Assembly (NCBI GenBank): GCA_050084985.1
Contig: JBITNC010000001.1
Coordinates: 133,176,001-133,240,000 of the forward strand
Reading direction: 5' to 3'
Source: Nageia nagi
Taxonomy: Eukaryota > Plantae > Pinophyta
Length of the DNA: 64,000 bases
Positions 1 through 12,963 of the stretch are shown here, in pieces. The notes under the pieces are model-generated. The model saw only the letters and a program-made list of their open reading frames with translations. It ran no database searches and was not told where the DNA came from. Made by a program: the position numbers and the translations under genes. Position 1 is the stretch's first letter; every line of letters begins with the position of its first letter.

Positions 1-1044
1 ATCCTCTAACCCTAAATGGCCATTTTGTATATATGATGGATGTCCTACATGATAATCGTTATCCCCCCTATTGAGATACGAAAAGTGGATGTGGTGGAAT
101 CCCATCTCTTAAGTAAAGTTGCTATGAGAGGGTAGTCTTAGTGGATGTGACCCATGTAGGGCCCAACAACAAAACCCATACTCTAAAGGAACATGTGGTC
201 TATAGCAATAAGAAAAGTATGACCCTCCTAGAGTATCATAGGGTAGCGACCCCTACGATCGAACATAGCTTGAACCTAAAATGAAAAATTAACTAAGTTA
301 AAAAAAATTAACCCTAAGACCAAATGCCAGCGACCCAAAGGGAAGGTCATTGAGTTACTAGAAATTGCTAGCTAAATATTGGTGACTTTGAAACCTTCCA
401 TCCTTGGCTGATGACCACATTTGAGGTGCCCAAAAGAGTTTAAAATACTAAAAAAATAGAATAAAATGAAAAATCTAAATAGTTGAAAAAGGTTTAAGCA
501 TGAAAATAATTACTCCTATGAATTCACTTTTTTAATTTAGGCATTAAAAGTAACAAATTTGATAAAAAAAAAATATAAAATAGGATTTTAAAATCCTAAC
601 TTCTCCTTGATTGGTTAACTTCAAAAAACTAGTCTCCTCGAAAATATACTAGCTCACGAAATATGTCAAGGACAAGAAATAGGTGGCCCATAATGAAAAG
701 TGTGGCAGGTCAACCACAACTCTAAAAACCATAAAAGACAAATAGGAAAATGATAAGTCACTCTATATTTTTATTCTAATTATGACTCAAAATGCTAATG
801 ATTTAAGTTGGACATCAATGATTTACATGGGAATCCAACGATTAGAACCAATCATCGGTAACCCATAACATTATATATATATATACACACACCCAAAATA
901 CAACATTCAAAATTTAAAAAAAAAAGGAGAGAGAGGATTGATGAATAAAATACTTAAGCCCTCTTTTTGGTTCATAATCAAGATGAAAGTAATAAAATAT
1001 ATCAAAAATGAACAAAACCCCTACTTGTTAAAATAGCCTAAATC

Positions 1045-2270
1045 ACATGTTTAAAATAAATTGAATTTTATGAATGGTTCAAAATTTGAAAAATCAAACA
1101 TGATTAATAGACATGATATGAACTTTTTCATAAGATCATCATGTACCCTAGCTAATAGGATGGAAGTTAACAAAATCAAACCAATCGTATATACAAAACT
1201 CATAATTTATTTCACACTAGCTTCGGCATACATTCGATGACACATAGACTCATCATGTACCTACCACAAATAACACATGGTATCAGGATAGATATAAGCA
1301 TCATTTTGGTATATACAATAATGGTTTACAAAATGTGATAAAGTATAAAATTGACTAGAACATGAGTTAATCATAGTTTAACCAATCAAATTTGACTTAT
1401 GCATAGAAACTAGGTCAACTTTAAATATCAATCAAGTGTCAATACAAGTCGAGGGACTTAAATCAAAACCCCACCATATGTGTGTGTGTGTGTGTGTATC
1501 TTACATTTAGTTTTGGTAAAAAAAGAAAAAAAATATAAAAAATTAAGCCCTCCTTTTAGTTTAGGTTCAGCTTAGGTCTATAACAAAAAATATTTAGACC
1601 CTTCTTTTTTCATAGGAATTTGGATGAAAAATGGACATCTTGGGTCCCTTTTGAGGTAACATTAAGAAGACTATAATTAAATGCCTCACACTCTAGGCTA
1701 AAAAAAAATTAAAAAAAAAAAAAGAGTTAACAAAAAATTTAAAAAAAATCTTAAAAATTTTAAAATATGTCAAAGACAAAATGAAACAAGTTGCTTCCTT
1801 GTTGATTTGACCAAGGTTATGTGTTTTAGAAAACTAAAACTTATGGGTAATTCTAAATTTGAAAAATGACCCTTCTCTTGATAGACAAAAGATGGATGGG
1901 GTTGGATATGAATAAAAACATTAAATGAACTTTTGTATAAGATAATCATGTAACCTAACTTTTGGGATGAATAGCAAAATGATTAAAATAATTGTATTCA
2001 TAGGGTAACTTCTTTATCACATGCTAACTTTGGTATACATAGATGACATAGAAGCTCATCATGTACCTACCACAAACAACACATAGTATAATGATACCAA
2101 TAAGTTCCACTTTGATAATATAACCATACTACTTTCAAAATGTGTCAAATGAAAAATATTAGAAAATAAATTTAATTATAATTCAATCAATCAAGTTTAG
2201 CTTATTCATAGGGAATAAGTTAATCCAAAATATTGACTCAAGTCAAAAATACAAGTGAAGAAACTTGAGT
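1045..2270 (+). repeat. Diverged direct duplication (~420-450 bp units at ~1045-1460 and ~1820-2270) in the 3' internal region of an LTR element
   Basis: atgaactttttcataagatcatcatgtaccc vs atgaacttttgtataagataatcatgtaacc; ctcatcatgtacctaccacaaa occurs in both units; both lie just upstream of a PPT and LTR start at 2349. Confidence 0.75.
1479..1496. repeat. (TG)n microsatellite
   Basis: tgtgtgtgtgtgtgtgtg. Confidence 0.9.
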
Positions 2271-2335
2271 GCACCCATATTTAGAAAGGTAAAGTTTTTG
2301 AATTATCCTCCACTTACAAATAAGTAGATAATTCA

Positions 2336-3133
2336 AAAAGGGGAAAAATGTAGACACCCAAAAATGGCCCTTCCTTCAAAAAATGAAGGAAAATAAAAAA
2401 TTAAAGTAAAATTAACATGTTTACTATAGTATGCCAAATGCTAGCATCTAACTTTAATTATTGATGACTCAGCCTAGATGTTGATTTTCAATACCTAGAC
2501 ACTAGCGACTCTATAATTGGAAAAAGTAAAATAAAAATGATAACTCCTAGAGCATCTTGGGAAGAAATTAAGGGATAATAGATGACTTATCATACATCCT
2601 ATGCATCCCAGCTTTAGATCATAGCCATAACAAAGTTGGATAGGCTTTTTTATCGTAATTTTTGTCTCAAAATTATAGAAACTTCATTTATTTATGAAAT
2701 TTATAAATAAAGCCTTCTACAATGAAGCAAGGGACCCAATTTGAATGCAAAGTTACTTTATTGAAACACATCCAAGGTTACTGAGTTAAGTGCATTAATG
2801 TTTCAAGTACTTACATGTTTTTTTAATGATCATTTTTATGTTTATTTTATGATATGAACAAGTATATTTGATGTTGTTTCTTTTCATATGTGTCCATGGT
2901 CCACAGGTGCAGAGCATTAGAATTGAATAAAGAAAGCCATAAGGAATTGAAGAGAACAAAGAGATCTAGATTCTTTGCAGGTTTTGGAAGATAGTTTCCA
3001 AAGCTTGTAGACATTGAAAATAGGCCTACAAATGTCTAAACATTATTTGCCCTTTTACAGGGTAACAAATTGAAACAATTTCATCATTTATATCATTGAG
3101 GTCTACATAAGAGAAATAAAGAAAAATGTTGGT
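2336..3133 (+). mobile_element. Polypurine tract followed by the start of an LTR (TGTAGACACC type), interrupted by the next element
   Basis: A purine run at 2336-2348 ends directly at tgtagacacccaaaaatgg (2349); same start style as the LTRs at 47921 and 54371. Confidence 0.6.
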
Positions 3134-6100
3134 TGTAACATGTCTTATCTTATTTGCTAATATGGTTACTTTTTGAGCATGACATATTTAACCCCTCACA
3201 CCTAGTCATCTAACTCAAGGAGATATTGGACCACTTAATAATATTTTATATCTTCCTACTTCATCAACCAACTTGAGAAAAGATATGATGTGAGTTTGAG
3301 ATCATATAAAGGCAAGTTAGATCATCACTTGAAGGATCATCTTGTGCATTCTATCTTGGATCATTTAGAGCTTAGGGATGCTTCCCTTCTCTACCTTATA
3401 GGGATTAGGGCTGATCCCTAGACTAGAAGTGGCTCATCTACACTTGTACACCTCTTATAGAGCTTACACATATCATTCTTACCATTTAAGAGCTTACGCT
3501 AGTCATTGGGAGTCATCTTGAGACTTGCACCAAGATTGGGAGCCTCCTTGAGACTTGCACCAAGCTTGGGATCATCCTTGGGACTTGCACCAACCTTATA
3601 GATTCTAGTTTGATTATTTTGGAGTCTTGGACTTTTTCCTAGCACTTATTATAGGCTTAATACAACCTTATACTTATTCTTGGTTGACTATTGATGATAT
3701 TGGCTCTCATATTGCATCACGAATGTAAATGAATTTTCCTATATATTTTTGTTATCATACTATCTTCATTATGCATAAGAATGTATGTGAATTAGAGTAT
3801 TTTGAACCTATATTATTATTATATTATAGATCTAATTTGTGTCCTAGTTTTGGTTATATTTACATCTTATAGGTATTTTATATTAGATTTGGCTATTAGT
3901 ATTATATTCTAGTTTTGAGTGCATGTTTTAATGGTTAATGAACATTTAATTTGATGCCCTAAGTTGTGAATGAATATGGAATTAAGTGAGAAATTGGATA
4001 AATCCTATAAAGGTACAACACGAGTATAAAAACTCTAAATCCTGAGAACTTGTGAAGGATTAGAAAGATGAAAATTCCTTAAGAACAATTGAATTCTATG
4101 GTTGATTTTCTAGCTCAGTTTGTAAACAAGGTTAATGGGCTCTCTCAGCTCCAACAAGATACTTCAAGTTTAGTCACATATATATAAGGGGTGGCTATTG
4201 ACTTGTTCTTATAAAATAAAGAAAGCAAAAAAAATCAAGGTAATGAGATGGATGAATATTTCACATAATAATAAGAAAAACATGATGAATTTAGACAAGC
4301 GAATTCATTTGAGGGATATTTGAAGTTTTTTGGAAAGAAGATTGACCAAGGAAGGAAGCATTACAAGCAATTGCAAGTGGCCATGTCTAATGGAAGTAAC
4401 ATGCCCATAAAATTATGGTTACAAAAGATGATAATGTACTTCACCCTTCTAATGAATGAGAAGGATGCAATTCAATATGCTTTATTCCACCTTAAAGGTA
4501 TTATGCATGAATGGAGGTATAATGGCCTTACAATTTTCCACTTTCAAATAATTTAGCCAAAATAAATAAGAATGAGAAGATTAGAGAATAAGAGTAGCTC
4601 AAATCACATAAATAAAATACCCGATCTCATAAGGTATATATGGTGGAATTCCAAAATGATTTTTTAGATATACATACAACTACTATTAATAATATTGGGC
4701 ATGGGGAAAAGAATAAAATAATGAATCTAGTAGACAAATCCAAAGATATTTCTATGATTAGTAGAATTGATGACATGGTTAATATCATCAATATACCCTC
4801 AAAGGAAGAATATAATGAAAGATAGGATAAAATATTATGATAAGAAGATGAATTAGTTTACAAGCCTTATGTAGGAACCATGACAAGTGAAGAAGATGTG
4901 ATAAGTCTAGAAGTTGATACTAAAGAAAGAGTAGCACAACATTAGCATGGTAAACCCATTCTATAAAATATTTAAGGGTTTCCAAAGGGGTGTACCACAT
5001 ATGGATTCATTAAGATCATGGACCAACCAAATTGCCACTCATAAAAGGCACTACAAAACTTTTGATTTTCACAACAGTACACTCAACATAAAGGAAGTAC
5101 AAGAGCACATATTTAAGGCATGATTTAGCCATATTACCACAAATAAAAGGAACTATAATATTTTTTATTTATATAATAGTATGTTAAGTTTAATTAACTC
5201 ATTTTAGGATGCATTTGGAATAGGACATGGACCATTGAAACACCAAGTTAAAGGACCACTTTATACAATGGTACCAAAGAACCTTTCTTATAACCATGGT
5301 GGGGATGATAGCATGATTAGAGAAATAACTCAAGATTTCTTATTACATTCATATTTTAAACAACAACATATGATAACTTCAAAAAGGTATGGTTGTACCA
5401 CTAAGACAACAATATACTATATTTTATTTCCCTCCTTTGGGTTGCAATAATGAGAGGCAATAGATTAATCAAGTTGAGAGTTAATATTACCATATTATTG
5501 GAAATAATTATGGTCACTTGTAGGGATTCCCTCCATGTTCCACTTGAAAAAAGTTATGTCATGGTTGGAAAGAAAAATATGATCTTGTTATCACACTTAG
5601 ATTTAGCATAGAAAAGCATGATAAATTGAGGAAGGTATGGTAGTACTTATTGTCATAGCTCAATATTTTGATTGGTAATGATAGGAAACATTGTAAGGAT
5701 TAAGAAGAAATTAAGTTTACATGCTCACATTTTATAGTACAACCCCAACTTGAAAAGACATACCTTGCATTTCATTTAATGAGGGTCAACACTTGATTAA
5801 GATGAGAAATCAATCCTTATTTTAAAGCTCACTTAATAAACAATCAAATATGATGATTCCCAAAAGGTATATTAACCCATTTTATTTTTATAGAAATAGT
5901 ACCCATAATTTCATCTCTTCTTTTTAGTTCACCATAACAAGCAGCCACAATTTGATTAAGATAGGTACAGAATTGAAAATTAGCATGCTTTCATTAATTG
6001 GTACCTTTGGAACTACTTGTAGAGATCTAGATCCTATGATGTATAAAGCTCATGACATGGTAAGGAGGAAAAATCATATTTTATTTCCCTATTTAGTTTA

Positions 6101-8808
6101 AAAATAGCATTATGAGAGGAAAAGCACCACTCTATATATGGTCCCATACATAAAGAATGAGGTATTTCTAAAGATCCCTTCAAGATTCATCCATATCACA
6201 CCAATACTTTACAATTCATTTATAGAAAAATATAGTCCATCATTGATGAGATTTGGATGGTCACATATAAGAAATAATAAGGTAGTTATTTCTATCACAC
6301 ATAGGGAGATACAATTTTCAAACTCATAAATTAGTCATGGCATCTCCTTATAGAAGTATAATAGTAGCAAACTCAGTTTGGATGAGGGGGAATCTTGGTC
6401 AAAGAAGGAGTAAAATATGATTACACCCCTTGTACCTCTACTCACAATTGGAAGCCAACAAATGAAGCATAATGTTCATAAAATCTATCTCAAATTTGGG
6501 AAAGTTTATGGGTAGCCTTTAATAGAAAAAAATAGTCCTAGCTCTCATGCCACATGGAAGAGTCATACAATTGGATTTTATGCCAAGTTATGGAATATGC
6601 ATACTCAGTTTGGGATACATGAAGTTGGCATAATTTATCAAAATATGGCTCTATACACCAACTAATAGGGAAAATAATACTTTTGGAAGTTACAAAAGTA
6701 TTTACAAGGAAAAGAGGCACCAAAGATCATCTTCCATCATAAGGGATAGTTAACGTATCATCTTTAATTTTTGAGACAATTTTAGGAATTTTGCTACCAT
6801 TAGAGAGGTGCTTTACATGGAAATGATGGACACATTTAGAGTTGATGCATATTCACATTATGGGCAATAAGATATGATAATTTCAAGAAGCTATAATTGT
6901 CCTCTTTATTTTTGTAACAACCATATACTTTCTAGCATGTATTCATTTTTTATTGCAAAGATAATGGAAAAATTTGTGATGGATATACACTTGCATTTGG
7001 GGTAGCCAAACATCCATTTCATAATATGCCACTAAAACACCATACCCATAGAAATCAAGGTGATAAATGAATACATAATGATACTTCTATAGCCACATTA
7101 TTTGATACCCTTCAAGGCATTGATAGAAAGTAACAATAGAAATGAAGATTTCATTCAATGGTATTTTATATAATAGCATGTATGAATCTTGATGTTTCCA
7201 AACAAGGTAAAACTTACAACCATTCCTATATGAATTTGATACAAATAAACTATATTTCAATTTGGGAAATTGGTTTGAAGATTGATGCATTAAGAAAGAT
7301 AAAATTTGTGGATTCAAAAATCATTCCACTCTTGACTAATCTACATATTATTTTGGTTGGGAACAACCCTACCAAGTTCATTACCATTGGATCAAGAGAT
7401 ATAATAACTAGTTCCTCTTAAGGAATAACACTTGGAAAGCATTTAAATAATATTTTTTCATCTAAAATAAATTAGGTCAACATCTTATCAACTTGTGATT
7501 CTTCATATTTTTGGGATAATAAGGCATTAGGATCCAGTTGGAAGTAAGGCAAAAGGGTTTGGGCTAGATAGGCATGCATCATCAATAATAGTTCTTACTT
7601 CTACACCTTGGAATAGCTTCCTCCATAATTGCACCTTCTTTACATCATCAAGAGACTACTTAAAAGAGTATTTGTACAGTTTATTGATACATTTGAAGGA
7701 TCACCATCAAGTCAAGCATTATTTGCGAAACTTGGATCCCTTGGAACAATCAAAGATTATGCACGAAAATAAACACTTTAGAATGCATTTATAAATGCTT
7801 GAGGATAAATAATTTGACGAGGGTGGACTTGTAATATCCCTAATTTGGGATATCTATACATCATCCCTCATACCTATTCATTGTGATTTTTAGTACTTAG
7901 ATTATGAATAATTTATTTATCAATTTATGTATTATTATATTTATATTTGTACATTAAAGGTAAGCACCCAAGTAAGGATAATATGTAATTTATTTTGGCT
8001 AAGTTAAGGAGGGCACTTTAATGTATTTAGCCCTAGGTAGTCAGTCACCTCAAGGAGATATTGGGCTACTTAATAATATCTTATATCCTCCTACTTGGTT
8101 GACCAACTTGAGGAAAGATATGATGTGAGTTTGAGATCATATAAAGGCAAGTTAGAGCATCACTTGAAGAATCATCTTATGCATTCGATCTTGGATCATT
8201 CAAAGTTTAGGGATGCTTCCCTTCTCTACCTTAAGCCTGCTCCCTACCCTTGAAGTGGATCATCTACACTTTTAAACCTCTTGGATAGCTTGCACCTATC
8301 ATTATTTATATTTTAGAGCTTACACCAACCATTAGGAGTCATCTTGAGACTTACACCAAGAATGGGAGCCTCCTTAGGACTTGCATCAATCTTGTGGAGT
8401 CTAGTTTGAGCATTTTGGAGTTTGGGCTTTGACCTTGAACTTGTTACAACCCTATACTTATTCTTGGTTTATTGTTGATGATATTAGCCCTCATATTGCA
8501 TATCGAATGTGAATGAATATTCCTATATATTTTTTCCATGCTATTATCTTCATTGTGCATAGGAATGTATGGAAATTAGTGTATTTTAGAGCTATATTTA
8601 TGTTGTGTTACATATCTAATTTGTGCCCTAATTTTGGTCATATTTTATGTTATAAGAGCTTTATAATATCAAATTTGGCTAGTGTTGTTATATTCTAGTT
8701 TTGAGAGCATGTTTAGATGGTTAATGAGCATTTACTTTGATGCCCTAGTTTGTGAATGAATGCAAAATTGAGTGAGAAATTGGATAAATCATAGAAAGGT
8801 ACATCACA
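3134..8808 (+). mobile_element. Degenerate Ty3/Gypsy LTR retrotransposon (LTRs ~3134-4022 and 7830-8808)
   Basis: LTRs align from caaggagatattgg (~3217/~8051) to aaaggtaca(a/t)cac; PPT-like gagggtggact precedes tgtaatatccc at 7830; gag relic inside; no TSD found. Confidence 0.8.
4250..4556 (+). pseudogene. Gypsy gag relic
   Basis: WLQKMIMYFTLLMNEKDAIQYALFHLKGIMHEWRYNG resembles the plant Gypsy gag motif WxxKxxxYF...AIxxAxxHLxGxAxEWW. Confidence 0.7.
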
Positions 8809-9570
8809 CATAAATCTAGATCTAATCAGTGATGATGAGAATCATTGATCATATAATGTATAAATATGTATACAACAAGATCTAGATATGATTGAATCAC
8901 ATCCTTCCTCCTTTTTATAGATGAAGTATCCACAGTGGGCTAAGATTCCTTACTTAGAACTCCTTTGACTTGTTAACATAAAAGATAAAAGGAGTGAAAT
9001 ATTCTTTCTTCTATAAACATAGCTTGATTATAACAATATACTCAATAAATAAATTAGATACCTAAAATATGGTTTTTAAATTAATAAAAAAAAAAATTTA
9101 AGTGTCTATAATTACTTCTATTAGGACTCATCTAGAAATTTTGTTGATCTTCTTTATAAAAGATTTTTAATGTAGGTATTCGATGTATGTCATTTTTGAA
9201 AATACTAGTGATGAATATTTAGTATTTATTGATGGTTTAAATGTTTCATATGTGCATGTAAGAAGATTTGAATGTATTACACTTAGGTCAAGTATTATAA
9301 ATGGTTGCATCAATTTAAGTAAAATATGTATTCAAAAAGTTAGTGACTATCTTAATGAACAGTTTGTAGACTTACCAATACTTAATGTAATAAATATTTT
9401 CAATATTTATTGTTATTATGATGAAGAAGATTAAAGAGAGTTAGGCATAAGTTAATGGTTAAATCACTTATGCAAAAAATTTAATACCAAAAATTAGATA
9501 AATTACAAAGTTTTATTATGATATTTCATAAAGGATATCAACAACATGGAAACAATTTCGAGATGAACTT

Positions 9571-9714
9571 AAATGATTTTACAACTCAAGTGGATAATGA
9601 GAGGCTCCAGGTTCAAATCTCCCTCCTCACAAGCAGATGGATATGTAACATATGGTGAATGTCCATTGCCCCGCACAAACTTGTAACTTCATTAAAAAAA
9701 AAAATGATATTACA
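9571..9714 (+). mobile_element. Short tRNA-derived SINE (body ~9584-9701) with A-tail and 13-bp TSD
   Basis: A-box-like caactcaagtgg (9582-9593); B-box-like ggttcaaatct (9610-9620); A-run ending ~9704; flanks aaatgattttaca (9571-9583) and aaatgatattaca (9702-9714). Confidence 0.6.
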
Positions 9715-10444
9715 TTTTTTTAAAACTTTATGCAGCTTTGACAAATTATCTTAACTATTCCTACAAATATTACACTTTATGATACATATTCAAATATTTA
9801 TCATTCAAATATTATACTTTATAATAAATATTCAAATAATTATCGTTCATAAATTACATTGTTCATATTTTTTTGCTACTTTACTTTCCCTAATTAAACA
9901 CTCTTATTGCTTTATATATATCTTACCATACAATTCCATTAACCTTTTTTACCAGTAGTGAACATTAATATATATTTCTATCTCTTGTTTTTATCCATAG
10001 AAAATGAATAATTTCAATAAGGTTCCAGCTCACAAAACTCAATATTTTTCTTATGAATTACATCATGATCGTCATTCTGATTCACATAATATTTTTCTTG
10101 TGATTACATCATGATTGTCCTTCTTGTCAAATTTGATCGCTGGTCAATCTTCTACAGCGATTAAAATAAAATAAAAGTAAGATTGCGTCTCGGGTATATT
10201 ACAGGGATTCACCGATTTGCTTGTAAGATTTCCATTCACGTAGATGGCAATGGTAAAACACAACCTATAATTTTTTTTCAACCATGTAGAATCTCCTCTT
10301 GTGCATTACTACGAAATTTCTCAATATACTTTCAACGAATTTAATATTCTTAAAATTATCTCCACCATGATGCCAACATGTTTATCTCTTTTTCAAGTAT
10401 CGGCCTTTCAGGGCATTGGAATTGGTAACTTGGCTTTACCATTC

Positions 10445-11831
10445 ATGGAGGCGCCCGACGAGATTCCCACAGCGCAGTAACGAATCCTCTTCGCTTGTTT
10501 CGTTGATTGGTGAAATTAAGAGAAATGCTTTTTTATGGAGACTTGATCTTCGGCCTTTTATTTGTTCTGTAAATGCAGATTTGATTGTAGCCATTCGCTA
10601 GGGCGATTTCTTGTATCCACAGGACTTCTTTCAAAGGCCTGGGAAGCGTCCACCAGAGCTAACGGAAAGTCCTTCGTAGTGGATGATATAGAAGATGTGG
10701 TTTTTGTCGCTTTCAGTGGGTCTGAAGCTCTGATGACTTTGAGGAAGCTCAGTGGTCCTCGGCTTTTTTAATGGAGCATATTGACTATGGGAAATCGGTG
10801 GAGTGCAATTTCAGAAACCTAATCAGTGGAGGAAATAGGGGTCGAGGATGCAGTGATGCCCAAGACCCTTATGAGGTGGGAATCACCTTGGCCTTGGAAG
10901 CTGCGGGAGTTAAACTCAGGTATTGCTACAAGCATAAAAGCCCCTTTTCTTTTAGTTCTCCTCGGTTAAAAAAACAAGCATTTTAATATTGTTTTTTACA
11001 GAATCGTGCAGCGCGAGAGGTTCTGATGAACACGGGAAGAATTGGAATCGGTCCCAGCCTCAACAGCGCCAAATTGTATGCACAGTCAGCAAAAATCCAG
11101 GGCGCCAGGGTAGAGATTGAATGCTACAAGACCATCTGCCAACGTGAGGGGCTTGGTTATTACGACTCTTTCAAATCCCACAACAATCTGAAGGATTTCA
11201 GGGCAAATATAGACAGAATTAAAATTTCCCGTTTCTGGAATAATCTCATAGAAATGGTGGAGACGAATCAGTTGCCTGATGATTTCCTTTTGCGGGGCAA
11301 GTGGGTATATGCTGGAACTTATTATCGGCAGCTTGTTGAGCCTCTGGACATTGCCCTTTACTGTCGTCTACGCAAGCATAAGAGATCTGGGCATTATCTT
11401 CAAGGCCATAGACCACCTTGTTATACCATTCTTGAAAAATGGCTTCACGACAGCAATTTCGGTAGGGAAAAAATTGAATGAACAGAACTGGCCGTGTTGA
11501 CTCAGGATTCCTGCTTTTGGGCCCGCCTAGAAGAGGCCAGAAATTGGGTAGACAGCATCAAGGAGGAAAATGATGGCGCTTTTGTTCAGAATTGATTGAC
11601 AAGATCCAGGGGTTCGTAAATCACGTTGGAAAGCTGATAGAGGCGCGTGATATATCATATGATGTGTTGTTGGAGGAAGGGAGTTTCATGAAATGGTGGA
11701 AAGATTACAGAGATATTTGTGTTTTTCTGTTTCCATCTCCTTGTCATCCTCGTCTGATAAAACTCCAAGTCGTTGAAAACGAAATGAGGAAGCTATGTAA
11801 AGCCAAAGAACCTTTGAATCTGCAACTTTAG
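10445..11831 (+). pseudogene. PAD4-like: EDS1-family (PAD4-like, with SAG101-like motifs) lipase-like/EP-domain pseudogene; exons 10445-10476, 10579-10919, 11002-11831
   Basis: Spliced N-terminus MEAPDEIPTAQFDCSHSLGRFLVSTGLLSKAW...VFVAFSG. EP-region motifs YEVGITLAL, GLGYYDSFK, YRQLVEPLDIA, LTQDSCFWARLEEARNW, SFMKWWKDY. GT-AG introns at 10477-10578 and 10920-11001. Lesions: large deletion with frameshift at ~10722, 1-nt frameshift ~10912, in-frame TGA at 11479, 1-nt frameshift ~11591. Confidence 0.9.
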
Positions 11832-12759
11832 AGTTTTTCTTGCCCATCAGACATGATGGGCATTAGCTACACGGCCCTCCTCCAACTCTTAGTTTTGTTG
11901 TGCCTTTAAAATAGGATTTTAGTCGATTTTCCTCTTTGTTTCTTAAGGTAAAGATTTTCGGTGGATCAATTATTTTCTTTTTTTGTTTCGTAATTTCTTT
12001 CAGATTTATTTTTGGTTTAGAGATTTGTGATCTTTATATTCTTTTGCATATTTGTAAGTGTTGCGGTCAAATCTTGACCTGTTCAAGGATATGCAGAAAA
12101 TTTGGAGTCAATAATTCATTGGACTCTTATAACCCTTAGTTTAGGTGAAGGTTGGCTCATACCTAGACGTACTCTTTCATCGTATGATTTTGAAATAAAC
12201 CATAGATTTTGCATTTTTTTTTTTGAGATGATGGAACAATTAGGTAACTTAACATTAAACAAATTTTTACTAATATAAAAATATACATAGATCCATCACA
12301 TTTAGGAACCAAAATGAATTTTGATTAATATTATAATGTTCTCTTAATAAATACATATATTCAATCACCCAAGTCAATCTAAACCAAATCACCATCTAAC
12401 ATTCTTCTTGAACACTCCATGTTGTCTGTAACTAAAGAGTGGCTGCCTAGGAAGTAGCCCATTATAATCCAAAGATAAACCTTTTTGTCCTAACACATGA
12501 CATCATTAAACCAATAAAGTTTCCTAATGAACATGATCAACCCATGAAACTCCCATCACTAAGTCATATCAAAACCACAATATGCACCCTCATTCACAGT
12601 TACAGGTGGCATTTTTAATTCAAAACAAATCCAATTGTAGTCCCTCCTCTAGTCTGTGTACTTGCATCCATGCATGAAAAAATATAAGGCCACCAACATT
12701 GAAATTTGAAATATGAGCAAAATATGAATGAATCTACACAAACCCAACAATCAATAATA

Positions 12760-12960
12760 GTAGTAGACATTTATGCAAAATGCAACAAACAACAACAATA
12801 GTAGACATGTATGCAAAATGTGTTAGCATATATAAGGAACATGAATTGTTTGTCAAGATGCATGATGCAAGCATAGTAATCTTTGCCAATATTCTTCAAC
12901 CATGTGCCACCATGTGAGCTCTAGAATAATGTATGGACATCGATAAAAAAGTATAGCAGT
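12760..12960 (+). pseudogene. PLS-class PPR fragment (5' part; split by a Copia insertion)
   Basis: IVDMYAKCVSIYKEHELFVKMHDASIV and FANILQPCATM*ALE*CMDID. Confidence 0.8.
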
Positions 12961-12963
12961 CTT

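Noticed and set aside
5000-7800. Assignable pol domains or inversions in the first Gypsy interior
   Set aside because: Too decayed to place RT or INT motifs reliably by eye.
9582-9630. tRNA gene
   Set aside because: The A and B boxes are too close for a cloverleaf; the A-tail and TSD indicate a SINE.
11026-11481. Intact stand-alone CDS
   Set aside because: It is an internal segment of a multi-lesion pseudogene; homology continues on both sides of the ORF.
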